A model generated the notes under the pieces. The model saw only the letters and a list, made by a program, of their open reading frames with translations. It was not told where the DNA came from and did not search any database. Shown here piece after piece: positions 44,595 to 53,744 of a DNA stretch of 64,000 nt (position 1 is its first letter; each line of letters begins with the position of its first letter). Source of the stretch: a virus. Lineage: Duplodnaviria > Caudoviricetes. The position numbers and the translations under genes were made by a program. The stretch lies in IMG/VR virus record IMGVR_UViG_3300010052_000170, positions 5,927 to 69,926 of that record; one strand, written 5' to 3'.

Positions 44595-44620
44595 GAGCGG
44601 TTCTTCGGAGCCGCTCTTTC
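44595..44620 (+). terminator. Terminator closing the array
   Basis: gagcggttc-TTCG-gagccgctc followed by tttc. Confidence 0.7.
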
Positions 44621-45218
44621 ATCTCCCGAACAGGCGTTGCAGCCACGACTTCCTGCTTGCTTCATGCTCCGTCTCCTCCCGGTGGGCAGCAACCACCTTT
44701 CCAACGTAGTCAACCTGAGGGCGGATGCCGAGTGCGCAAGCCTCGTTAGCGCAATCACCCGGCGGCAGCGTGTGTAGTTGTTCCGGCTCGATCTCTTGGT
44801 TGTTCAGCCTGACGCAGCCTGGACAGTCACCCCACGCCAACCTGATGTGAAATGTCACGTCATCTCCGAGATCGGTGCCGACCAACGCTTGCATTTGTCG
44901 ATGTCGAAAGTATGCGAAATTTGCATCCAGAACGGTGACTTCAATGCCCTTTATCGGGGCGGATAGTCCTTTCTCGGTTAGTGCGGATATAGCTTCATGC
45001 GACATGTCAGCATTTGCGCGAAGGCCAATGCTTTTCTTGGCTTCCCGGGGAAGGGGCTGCCCGGTCTGCCGAAACTGCCGCGCAATCTGGTGTGGATGAG
45101 TTCCTTCGTATTCCTCCATAAGAGCCGCAATTTGCTGGAAACACTCTGGCTTGAGGTATCCGAGGCGACGGCCTGATCGGTCGACGTGTTCAAGGAACTT
45201 GCTTCCATGGTCAGTCAT
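44619..45218 (-). CDS. Hypothetical moron
   Basis: 199 aa; CPGC and C...C..C motifs; ends SWLQRLFGR. Confidence 0.65.
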   Translation of the reverse strand: MTDHGSKFLEHVDRSGRRLGYLKPECFQQIAALMEEYEGTHPHQIARQFRQTGQPLPREAKKSIGLRANADMSHEAISALTEKGLSAPIKGIEVTVLDANFAYFRHRQMQALVGTDLGDDVTFHIRLAWGDCPGCVRLNNQEIEPEQLHTLPPGDCANEACALGIRPQVDYVGKVVAAHREETEHEASRKSWLQRLFGR

Positions 45219-45495
45219 GGAAGTTCTTTGTCATGTTCCGGCAAGATTTCTCGTTAAGCGGGCTGCCTTCCCGACTTTGGGCTTCGACGTAGGCAATCAT
45301 CTCGACAGACTTCTTGTCTCCAACGAGCCGGCTCGCCTCCTTCTTCGCCCACGCATAGGGCGCAAGATCCTTCAGAATAGGACCGCACTGGTAGGCGGTC
45401 GTTAGGCGAAAGATCGCCTTCTTAACGTCGCCATCACTCGGTTCAGCGTGGGCGACTGCCGACCAGAGACACAACGTCGAAACAAGCCAGCGCAT
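45211..45495 (-). CDS. Secreted small protein moron
   Basis: Signal peptide MRWLVSTLCLWSAVAHA; stop overlaps the start of 44619-45218. Confidence 0.6.
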   Translation of the reverse strand: MRWLVSTLCLWSAVAHAEPSDGDVKKAIFRLTTAYQCGPILKDLAPYAWAKKEASRLVGDKKSVEMIAYVEAQSREGSPLNEKSCRNMTKNFHD

Positions 45496-45558
45496 CCAAA
45501 ACCTCCCATTGAAAAATGGGCGGGACGATAGCGTTTGCCACCGTAAAAGGTAAAGCCC

Positions 45559-47751
45559 ATGGACGTCGCACAGCTTGGTCTTGAGGTCCGAAGCGAGCAG
45601 GTCGAACGCGGCACCTCGTCTTTGAATCGCTTTGCCGGCGCAGCCAAGCAGGCGGAGGCGGCAACAAAAGGGATCACGACTGGCGCTCGCGGTGCAGCTA
45701 GCGCTGTGCAGGCCGTGGCTGGTGCCAGCGACAATGCGGCAGGTGCTCTCAATCGTGAGGCTGGAGCTGCGCGGAATGCTTCCGCCGCCATGAAGGGGCA
45801 CGCCACCGCGGTCAATGACAATGCGAGGCGCATGGGAGGTAGCTTTTCTGGCCTAGCCGCTCAGTTTCAAGACATCGGGGTCACTGCTGCCGGTGGCATG
45901 AACCCCCTCATAATCGGCCTGCAGCAAGGCACACAGATTGCCGGTGCAATGGAAATGGCGATGCAAAGCGGCGCATCCGCGACTGGTGTATTTGGCGCCG
46001 CGCTAAAATCCCTCCTCTCGCCTGTCTCGCTCCTTTCGATCGGCCTTGCTGTGCTACTCGCCGCCGGCCTTCAGATGGTGAACTGGTCGAAGGCCGCTGC
46101 TGCCGTACTAGATGGGCTGGCCGGTATCCTGGAAGATATTGCGCCGTACGCCGTTGCCGCTGCGGCTGGGTTGGCGCTGATTTACGCGCCGGCCATCATC
46201 GGAGGCCTGACACTCCTTTCCGAGATGATCCTTGGGCTAACGGCAAGGCTCATCGGATTGGCTGCTGGCTTCGCTCTCGCCAACCCGGCCACTGCCTTCA
46301 TTGCCGGTGTCACAGCGGCAGTAGCGGCCGCGGTCATTTTCAGGGACGAATTGACCAGAATTCTGGGGGTGGATGTCGTTGGCGCTGCCAAGGCTGGGGC
46401 AAATTTTATCGTCAACAGCTTCGAAGCCGCCTTTTCAGATGTGAAGTTCATCTGGAACAATTTCGGCGACATGATGGGGGCCGCTGTTGTCGGCGGGGTC
46501 AACATTGCTATCCGTGCCATCGACGAACTTATCCAGAAAGCATCGGAAGGCATCGACTGGCTCATTAAGAAGGTCAACCCATACCTGGAAATGGGCGGCA
46601 TGGACCCACTCAGGGAAGTGGGCGGAAGCTTTTCGCTCAAGCCACTCGCCAACCCATACGCTGACCGTTTCGCCAAGGCCAACACCTCCCACGCTGCAGA
46701 AATCGCCGACATCATGAGCCAGGATCGGCTCGGCCAGTTTGGTACAGCGATTGCAAATCGCGCTTCGGCCGCGTCTGGCAAGTTGAAGGAACTGGCCGAT
46801 TGGGTTGGAAAGGTCGACGAAAAGACCGGCAAGAAGGCGGGTAAAAGCGAGGCCGAAAAATACTCATCGATCATCGACGGAGCGAACCGCCGCATAGCTT
46901 CGTTGCAGTCCGAATACGACGCGCTCGGCATGACCGAGTTCGCCGCCGCTAAACTAGCGTATCAGACAGACATGCTGAACGAGGCGCAGCGCAAGGGGAT
47001 CACCCTTACCGCGGCTCAGAAGGCTGAGATTTCTGATCTCGCAGGCCGCTTGGCTTCGCTTGAGATCGCCACGCGCGACGCCCGCGATGCGATGGACTTC
47101 GCGAAGGACATGACGAAGGGCTTCGTTTCGGATCTCCGCTCAGGCTTGGAGCAGGGAAAAGGCTTCTGGCAGAGCTTCGGCAATGCGGCGCTGAACGTCC
47201 TCGACAAGATCACAGACAAGTTGCTTGACGACTTGCTGAACGCCATCTTCAGGGTGAACTCGGCAGGGTCTTCTGGCGGCGGCGGTTTCTGGGGCATCCT
47301 CGGAAGCCTGTTCGGCCTTGGTGGGGGAGGTGGCAGCGGCCTCGGTGGTCTGACCTGGGATAGCTGGGCTAAAGGCGGTTACACCGGACCTGGAGGCAAG
47401 TACGAGCCTGCTGGCACGGTACATCGAGGCGAATATGTCTTCTCGGCCGCTGCAACCCGCATGATCGGCGTGGCCAACCTCGACCGTGCTCACAGGAGTG
47501 CTCGGCGCGGCTATGCCGAGGGCGGCTACGTCGACAACAGCACACCACGTCTGTTTGCCCCGGCAAACCGGAATGACGCTCAGCCAATCGTCTATTCGCC
47601 GACGATCCAGATCGACGCTCGTGGCGCAGAGAATGGTGACGACATCCGCCGTGCCGGCCAGGAGCTTCTGAAGCAGATGCGCGGCGAATTCTACAACAAC
47701 ACGAAGAAGGCGTTGCAGCTGCTCAAGATCAACACCGGAGGGCGGTTCTGA
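45559..47751 (+). CDS. Tape measure protein (730 aa)
   Basis: MDVAQLGLEVRS; AAQFQDIGVTAAGGMNP...LQQGTQI; Ala/Gly-rich; AKGGYTGPGGKYEPAGTVHRGEYVF. Confidence 0.92.
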   Translation: MDVAQLGLEVRSEQVERGTSSLNRFAGAAKQAEAATKGITTGARGAASAVQAVAGASDNAAGALNREAGAARNASAAMKGHATAVNDNARRMGGSFSGLAAQFQDIGVTAAGGMNPLIIGLQQGTQIAGAMEMAMQSGASATGVFGAALKSLLSPVSLLSIGLAVLLAAGLQMVNWSKAAAAVLDGLAGILEDIAPYAVAAAAGLALIYAPAIIGGLTLLSEMILGLTARLIGLAAGFALANPATAFIAGVTAAVAAAVIFRDELTRILGVDVVGAAKAGANFIVNSFEAAFSDVKFIWNNFGDMMGAAVVGGVNIAIRAIDELIQKASEGIDWLIKKVNPYLEMGGMDPLREVGGSFSLKPLANPYADRFAKANTSHAAEIADIMSQDRLGQFGTAIANRASAASGKLKELADWVGKVDEKTGKKAGKSEAEKYSSIIDGANRRIASLQSEYDALGMTEFAAAKLAYQTDMLNEAQRKGITLTAAQKAEISDLAGRLASLEIATRDARDAMDFAKDMTKGFVSDLRSGLEQGKGFWQSFGNAALNVLDKITDKLLDDLLNAIFRVNSAGSSGGGGFWGILGSLFGLGGGGGSGLGGLTWDSWAKGGYTGPGGKYEPAGTVHRGEYVFSAAATRMIGVANLDRAHRSARRGYAEGGYVDNSTPRLFAPANRNDAQPIVYSPTIQIDARGAENGDDIRRAGQELLKQMRGEFYNNTKKALQLLKINTGGRF

Positions 47752-48356
47752 TGGTCGCCCTCCCAGACGTCGAATATTCAAAGGGCCTTCCGAAGCTCAT
47801 CCGCTCGGTGTCGCAAAGCCGAGCCGGCAATCGGCTTGTGTCGAGCGTCGAGTACGCAGATCCGTTTTGGCAGATCGAGATGGAGACTGGTCCACTCGAT
47901 CCAGCTCTCGCGCCCACGGTTCGGGCCTTCCTCGAAGAGGCGAACGGCGGCACGAAGACTGTGTTGTGGGCACCGTCCTACCTCAAGGTCCCTCAAGCCT
48001 ACTGGGCAAATCCTGGCGCCCTGGCCCCATCGATCGATGGTCTGCTGGCGAGTGTGACCAATGGGTTCAACGTTGCGATCAGCAGCACCGCCGCCGGTCT
48101 CGATATCAGGCGAGGCGACATGATCTCCATGACCTATGGCGCCTACCGTTCGCTCCACCGCGTGATGGTTGGTGCCGTCGGCGGGGCAGGGATCAACCTG
48201 ACGCTCGAGCCCTTCGTACCGCCATACATCACGCCTGGCGCGACGGTGAAGTTCAAAGGGCTGTCCCTTAACACGAGGATGGTCGTCGGATCAGACAGCA
48301 TGACAGACGACTACAACCCGGTGGCGACATTCACCCTCGTAGAGGTGCCCCAATGA
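47751..48356 (+). CDS. Minor tail (distal tail-like) protein
   Basis: Follows the tape measure; YADPFWQIEMET; ATFTLVEVP. Confidence 0.7.
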   Translation: MVALPDVEYSKGLPKLIRSVSQSRAGNRLVSSVEYADPFWQIEMETGPLDPALAPTVRAFLEEANGGTKTVLWAPSYLKVPQAYWANPGALAPSIDGLLASVTNGFNVAISSTAAGLDIRRGDMISMTYGAYRSLHRVMVGAVGGAGINLTLEPFVPPYITPGATVKFKGLSLNTRMVVGSDSMTDDYNPVATFTLVEVPQ

Positions 48357-48436
48357 GTATCCAGACGACTTCCCTATTAATAGAAGTGACGCGCCTAGAA
48401 ATCGCTCTAAATTCCGATGAATGCAGCACAGGCTAC

Positions 48437-48928
48437 CTAGAAAGCGCTAGCGTTGGTGCCGATCGTGAGCTTCACGGTTTGCGTCGGACCGTCCCAAACA
48501 AAATTGCAGAACTGCAAAAAGCGGCGACCAAGAACAATCTTGAACCGCTTTCCTTCTGCAACGAAATTCCGCCCAACCACATACATATCGATAACGCGGC
48601 TCTGCTCGATCACGAACAAAGATCCTCGGTGAGCACGGGAACCCGAAGAATTGTTGACTGTAAGTGAGTGACCGCCGGTCGCCACCGGGCATCCGTATTG
48701 CTTAATTAGAGTGTCGTCCACGTAGACATTGTCAGCACCGGTATCGATCAAGGCCCATTCCCTGGAATGGTTAACCACATTGGTCCGGCCCTGAGTAACT
48801 GCAGGGTTCCAGAAAAAGCCGATTAGTACGCAAGGTTCCGCGTTGACGAACTGAAATGCGTCCGCTGACGGAGCGTCGTCAATCGCGCTTGTAGCAGTCG
48901 TCAAATGTCTGACTGGGATTTCAGTCAT
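48437..48928 (-). CDS. Retropepsin-like aspartyl protease moron
   Basis: ALIDTGA catalytic motif and IVLGRRFLQ. Confidence 0.75.
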   Translation of the reverse strand: MTEIPVRHLTTATSAIDDAPSADAFQFVNAEPCVLIGFFWNPAVTQGRTNVVNHSREWALIDTGADNVYVDDTLIKQYGCPVATGGHSLTVNNSSGSRAHRGSLFVIEQSRVIDMYVVGRNFVAEGKRFKIVLGRRFLQFCNFVWDGPTQTVKLTIGTNASAF

Positions 48929-49002
48929 CTAACACCCTCCCATGACCCCGTCGCTAAGAAAGCAGCGAGTCGAGGGGGAGTCTATATTCGGTTGGAACCT
49001 CC

Positions 49003-49566
49003 ATGACTTTCCCCACACGTCTAGAGCAGCTTCTCGAAGACGGCCGCATCGCTATCCGTGGCCTGATCCTCTACCAGTTCGGCAACGAATGGATGGGCGT
49101 GTGGACGGGCAATTACGAGCTCGTCTACGAAGGCGTGACCTATGTACCGAACCAGCTCATCAGCGCCGAACCGCCGGACGGCGCAATGGGCATGGAGGCG
49201 ACCGAGTTCGTGATCTCTATGCCGGCGCGCTCAGACTTCGGCATCATGCCCGACAAGCTCGCCCTGATCGAAAGCCAAGATTACAAGGGCCGGCCGTGCA
49301 AGCTACGCGAGGCCTACTTCGATCCCGACACGCGCGAGTTGCTGCATGTCGAAGAACTTGCCTTCGGCTATGTCGACTTCATCAAGCACGTCACCGAAGG
49401 CGGCGAGATGCGCCTTGAGGGTCATGTTATCTCCGGCGCGCTGGACAACCACCGCGACGGCTACCGCTCCGCATCGCATGAGGATCAGCAACTGATCTCG
49501 GCCGGCGATCGCGGTTTCGAATACGCCACGGTCATCAAGACCGAGAAATTCGATATCGAACTCTGA
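49003..49566 (+). CDS. Minor tail protein (DUF2163/gpL-like)
   Basis: YRSASHEDQQLISAGDRGFEY; position in the tail-tip cluster. Confidence 0.7.
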   Translation: MTFPTRLEQLLEDGRIAIRGLILYQFGNEWMGVWTGNYELVYEGVTYVPNQLISAEPPDGAMGMEATEFVISMPARSDFGIMPDKLALIESQDYKGRPCKLREAYFDPDTRELLHVEELAFGYVDFIKHVTEGGEMRLEGHVISGALDNHRDGYRSASHEDQQLISAGDRGFEYATVIKTEKFDIEL

Positions 49567-49571
49567 GGCAT

Positions 49572-49799
49572 TTGCCGATGCAAGAACTGCCATCTCGTGG
49601 GGAGTTGCAGGATGCCTGCGACCGCTTCAACGAAATCCACAAGGTAGGTGACGTGATCAACGTCTGGCTTGGCGACGCTGAAGGCCCAACCGAGGAGCGA
49701 GTGATCTCCGCACCGGCCGAACCGCTCGGTAGGCACGCCGCGATCGTCTATGTGACCACCGATCCAGGCTGCATCGCGCTTTCCCATGTGAAGCCCTAA
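49572..49799 (+). CDS. Small hypothetical protein
   Basis: 75 aa; GAGG RBS; ...GCIALSHV. Confidence 0.5.
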   Translation: MPMQELPSRGELQDACDRFNEIHKVGDVINVWLGDAEGPTEERVISAPAEPLGRHAAIVYVTTDPGCIALSHVKP

Positions 49800-49828
49800 C
49801 GCTCACCCTTTCACGGTCTGAAATTCCC

Positions 49829-50257
49829 ATGCTGAAAATTCTGCCTCGGTCGAAAGACTGGGATCGAAGCCTCGCGCGCGTGACGGAGAAGCACATGCGC
49901 CTGCCTGGCGAATGGGGCATGTCCGATTGCCTCATGACCGCAATGGACGCTGTCGAGGCTGTGACCGGCCATGACCCCGCAGCCAAGGTTCGCGGTACCT
50001 ATTCGACCGAACAGGGTGCGGCCAAGCTGCTGCGCCGACGCAAGGCTGAAAATGTTGAGCAGATGCTCGCCAAGCTGTTTCCGAAACTGCCATCGGCGTT
50101 CTCAGTGCTCCGTGGCGATCTGGCTGTTGTCGAGCGCAACGGCGTGCTTTCGGCGGGTTATGTCTGCGAGTACGGGGTAGCGGTCAAAACCGAGACCGGC
50201 CTTACTTTCGTCGACCTCACCGAGATCCGCTCGGCCTATCAGGTGGGTGCCCGGTAA
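49829..50257 (+). CDS. NlpC/P60-like tail protein (DUF6950-like)
   Basis: WGMSDCL....AVEAVTGHDP...RGTYST..GA..LL; RGDLAV. Confidence 0.75.
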   Translation: MLKILPRSKDWDRSLARVTEKHMRLPGEWGMSDCLMTAMDAVEAVTGHDPAAKVRGTYSTEQGAAKLLRRRKAENVEQMLAKLFPKLPSAFSVLRGDLAVVERNGVLSAGYVCEYGVAVKTETGLTFVDLTEIRSAYQVGAR

Positions 50258-52857
50258 TGCCGTTCCTCGGTCCAGTCATAACCGGCATCGGTTCCGTCCT
50301 CAGCGGGGCCGTTTCGTTCCTGAGCGGCAGCACAATCCTTGCCGGCGCCCTGAAGATCGGGCTTGGCCTTGCCGCGCAATACGCGATCGGCCAACTTTTC
50401 CAGCAAGACGTTCCCGCACAGGTCACACACCTCCAGACGCAATATGGTCAGGACCTGCCGCGCAGCATCGTTCTTGGCACGCGCGGGCTTGCCGGTCATC
50501 ACATCTACCGCAACGCCTATGGCAAGGGCGGACGAACCGTGCAGGATGTCTATGTCCTGTCGCACTTCCGGATCAACTCAGTCACGCGGGTTCGCTATGA
50601 GGGCCAGTGGTGCGCGCTTGGCGGTACCGCTGATGGCGAGCGCGGTCAGCGTATCCAGGGCATCGAGCCGGAAATCTGGGTCAAGGTCTATCAGGGCGAC
50701 ATTGCCCAGACTGCTGACGCCGGCCTGATCGCGCGCTCCAATCCGGCCGGACGCTGGACTTCGGCTCACAGGCTTGCCGGCGTGGCCTATGCCGTCGTTA
50801 CGCAGCAGCTGGACCGGGAGAAGCTGCCCAACCCATGGGAAGGGTTCTTCGAGGTCACCGGCGTTGCCTATGACTGGCGGCAGGATAGCTCGGCGGGCGG
50901 CTCGGGTGCGCAGCGCTGGATTGATCCGACAACCTGGGGGCCGTCCGACAACCCGATCGTTCACCAGTACAATCTGGAGCGCGGTTTTTGGCTCAACGGC
51001 CAATTGCTTGTCGGCAAAGGCGTGTCGACCGATCGTCTTCCGCTCGGCCGGTGGACGCTTGCCGCCAACATTTCGGACGAGATCGTCGACACAACGAAGC
51101 GCTATGCCTCTGCCTACATCGCCACGGCTGGCCAAGGCATCACCCATGCCGGCAACATGGCCCCGCTGCTCGCCGCCTGTGCCGGATCCTGGTATGAAGG
51201 CCCAGACGGCGAATACCCGATCGCGGGCGCTAGTCAGGCAGTTGTGGCGACGATAACCGACGTTGATCTGCTTCCCGGCATCGACAAGAATTTCTCCCGG
51301 TACCGCACCCGCTCGGAACTGGTGAACACCATCGCCGGCACCTATGCCTCGCCGGACGCGTTCTATGACAGCGTTCCGCTGGCGACCCGCACCGATGCGC
51401 CGGCTTTCGCCGCTGACCGTGAACGGCTGGCGACCTCGATCCCGTACGATGCCGTCACCAATCCTAAAGTTGGTGATCGGCTCAACGACATCGCGCTGCG
51501 CGCCAGCCGCTACCAGGCCAACGCGGAAATCTGCCTTCGTCAGAAATTCCTGGGCCTCAAGGTCGGCAACTGGATCAGGTGGCAGAGCACCGACGCCAAC
51601 GGCTACGTCTTCGACAAGACGTTCCAGATCGTGCGCCGCCGTCTCGGTCCGATCGGTCCCGAAGCCTGCCGGGCTGTCTATGTCACGCTGCAGGAAGTCG
51701 GCGAAGGCATCTTCGACCCGACCGCCTACCAGACCACGCCACCGGACGCGACCGGACCTGGCGCGCCCGACTATCAAAGCGAGCTCGTCAACTTCAACGT
51801 CTCACCGATCAAGAACACCGCGTCGACCGGTTCCGAGCGTGCGGGTATTCGGGCGACTTGGAACCCGATCGAAGACCAGACCATCACCGAAATCTGGTTC
51901 GAATTCGGACCGGTCGCAGTTGCGGGTGGCGTGCCCGCAATCACCGTTTCTGACACAGCGCTAAAGAACCAGACCAGCCAGAACCTTTTCAAAAGCGTGA
52001 TGTCCAATTCAATGTGGGCGGTGCGCTACACCTTGCGTTCTCAGCCCGCCCGCACGTTCTTCCCCTCGCCGTGGAAGTACGTTACCACGCTGCCGGCAAA
52101 GCTCGGCGACGATGACGTTTACCTGCCGGGCATGGTCAAGGAGATCAACGAGAACGTCGGCAACATGCTGCCGCCGCTTCAGGAAGACATCCGCACCATC
52201 ATCGAGCGATTGGAAAAGTCGGCTCAACAGTCGCTTGATCAGGATGCGGGCCAGTTCCTGAACAGGCAGTCGCAGATTACGGCGGTCAAGGCGGCCTATG
52301 AGACCGTCACCGCAGAATACAAGTCTGTGGTGGTGGCGGCGACCGGGCCGGGGTCGGCCATCGTCCAGCGCCTAGACACCTACGATGCCAAGATTGCGGA
52401 CAAGGTCAGCACAATGGCGCTCGTTTCCATCGGCCTCGTCGCAACCGACGTGAATGGCGTCATTACCGGCACCGGAACCATTATCCAAGGGGTGCAGGCT
52501 TCGGTCGCTGGCATGTCAGCGCAAGGGCTGTTCAGAACCTATGTGACCGCCACCGAGACGGGCGCGGAAGCAACGGTTGGCCTTGCGGCGTCTGCCACCG
52601 CCAACGGTGCGACGCGGTCGGCTGCGATCCTGCTGTCGTCGCGATCGGACGGCAAGACCATGGCCGGCTTGGTAGCGGACCTGATCTATTTCACTGACGG
52701 CTCAGGCAACAAACAATTCCCGTTTGTCTTCTCTGGCGGCGTTATGCGCGCCAACTTCGCCAACATCGGTACGATCACCGCTGGCTACATCCAGTCACCC
52801 GATGGCCTCCATGTCTACAACGTCGCTGCCGGCACGCAGGAGTGGTGGCGTCCATGA
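50257..52857 (+). CDS. Tail tip / baseplate hub protein (gpJ-like)
   Basis: IVLGTRGLAGH.IY.N.YG; HRLAGVAYAVV; NPIVHQYN; C-terminal coiled coil and NIGTITAG. Confidence 0.8.
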   Translation: MPFLGPVITGIGSVLSGAVSFLSGSTILAGALKIGLGLAAQYAIGQLFQQDVPAQVTHLQTQYGQDLPRSIVLGTRGLAGHHIYRNAYGKGGRTVQDVYVLSHFRINSVTRVRYEGQWCALGGTADGERGQRIQGIEPEIWVKVYQGDIAQTADAGLIARSNPAGRWTSAHRLAGVAYAVVTQQLDREKLPNPWEGFFEVTGVAYDWRQDSSAGGSGAQRWIDPTTWGPSDNPIVHQYNLERGFWLNGQLLVGKGVSTDRLPLGRWTLAANISDEIVDTTKRYASAYIATAGQGITHAGNMAPLLAACAGSWYEGPDGEYPIAGASQAVVATITDVDLLPGIDKNFSRYRTRSELVNTIAGTYASPDAFYDSVPLATRTDAPAFAADRERLATSIPYDAVTNPKVGDRLNDIALRASRYQANAEICLRQKFLGLKVGNWIRWQSTDANGYVFDKTFQIVRRRLGPIGPEACRAVYVTLQEVGEGIFDPTAYQTTPPDATGPGAPDYQSELVNFNVSPIKNTASTGSERAGIRATWNPIEDQTITEIWFEFGPVAVAGGVPAITVSDTALKNQTSQNLFKSVMSNSMWAVRYTLRSQPARTFFPSPWKYVTTLPAKLGDDDVYLPGMVKEINENVGNMLPPLQEDIRTIIERLEKSAQQSLDQDAGQFLNRQSQITAVKAAYETVTAEYKSVVVAATGPGSAIVQRLDTYDAKIADKVSTMALVSIGLVATDVNGVITGTGTIIQGVQASVAGMSAQGLFRTYVTATETGAEATVGLAASATANGATRSAAILLSSRSDGKTMAGLVADLIYFTDGSGNKQFPFVFSGGVMRANFANIGTITAGYIQSPDGLHVYNVAAGTQEWWRP

Positions 52858-53282
52858 GCATATCGGCAGCATTCTGGGATTGGGTTGGCGATCGCTGGCG
52901 CGGCAGATGGGTGTTGCCCGGCTACAATGCCCGCGACGCCAACGTGCCGCGGAACAAGGTCGTTCTTGACACCGATGACATCGGGACGCTGTCCAAGCTG
53001 GCGAACGGCCAATACACGCTGAGCTATGGCGGGAGCCTGGACACTGGTGCGGTGACCATCGCTACCTGGCCGGATCCTGGCTTTGTTCCGCTGTGCTCGT
53101 TCCACTTCTCAATTGCCGGCGGCGAGTGGGACAATGTCTACACCATGCAAAACACCGGGAGCACGAGCGGCAACTATTACATCAAGGTCAGCCGCACCGG
53201 CATCGTCGCATCGCTCAAACTCATCAACAGTACGTCTCCGGTCACAATTGCCTGGACAGCATTCCGACTGCCGGTGATGTGA
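52854..53282 (+). CDS. Tail-tip-associated protein
   Basis: ATGA overlap; PGYNARD...NKVVLDT. Confidence 0.6.
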   Translation: MSISAAFWDWVGDRWRGRWVLPGYNARDANVPRNKVVLDTDDIGTLSKLANGQYTLSYGGSLDTGAVTIATWPDPGFVPLCSFHFSIAGGEWDNVYTMQNTGSTSGNYYIKVSRTGIVASLKLINSTSPVTIAWTAFRLPVM

Positions 53283-53743
53283 TGTTTCGGCAGGCATTCC
53301 GAGGCTGGGATGGCGGGATTTTCAAATTCCGGATCACCCGACCGGACAGGACAGTCGACGCGCGGTATGCGTCGGTCGACGACTGTGTCTTTCATGAGCA
53401 AATGCTGTTTACGCAGCCATATTGGCTCGACTTCATACCGTGCCCATTCGCCGGCGTTGTGAGCAAGGATCTCCTCGACCAAACCGCAACGGTCAGCATT
53501 CCGAATGTCGGCGTCTCTGACCCTGAATGGGTGATGTTTCCCCGCAACGTGAGCGGCCGCAACTGCTTTCCTCGCCCCGCTTCGGTCGGCTCCGGCAACA
53601 GTCAGGATGGCTACGTGAGCGAGGCGTGGGCCATTCGCATGGTCAGCATCACAGCGACATCGATGACGGTTCGCTTTACGAAACCTGCACTCAGCCTGCA
53701 GAGCCCGCTCGGCTGTTCCGTCGGGCTCATGAAGCGAGGATGA
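53282..53743 (+). CDS. Tail-tip-associated protein
   Basis: MFRQAFRGWDGG.FKFRITRP; coupled. Confidence 0.6.
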   Translation: MFRQAFRGWDGGIFKFRITRPDRTVDARYASVDDCVFHEQMLFTQPYWLDFIPCPFAGVVSKDLLDQTATVSIPNVGVSDPEWVMFPRNVSGRNCFPRPASVGSGNSQDGYVSEAWAIRMVSITATSMTVRFTKPALSLQSPLGCSVGLMKRG

Positions 53744-53744
53744 A

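Noticed and set aside
45811-45837. Unit 3 match to tape measure VNDNARRMG (13/18 nt)
   Set aside because: A few matches of this quality are expected by chance in the window, and an equal match exists in the methylase
48132-48152. Unit 4 match to TYGAYRS (also GYGAYTG in the lysin)
   Set aside because: Only 9/14 nt; the guide is too short for significance
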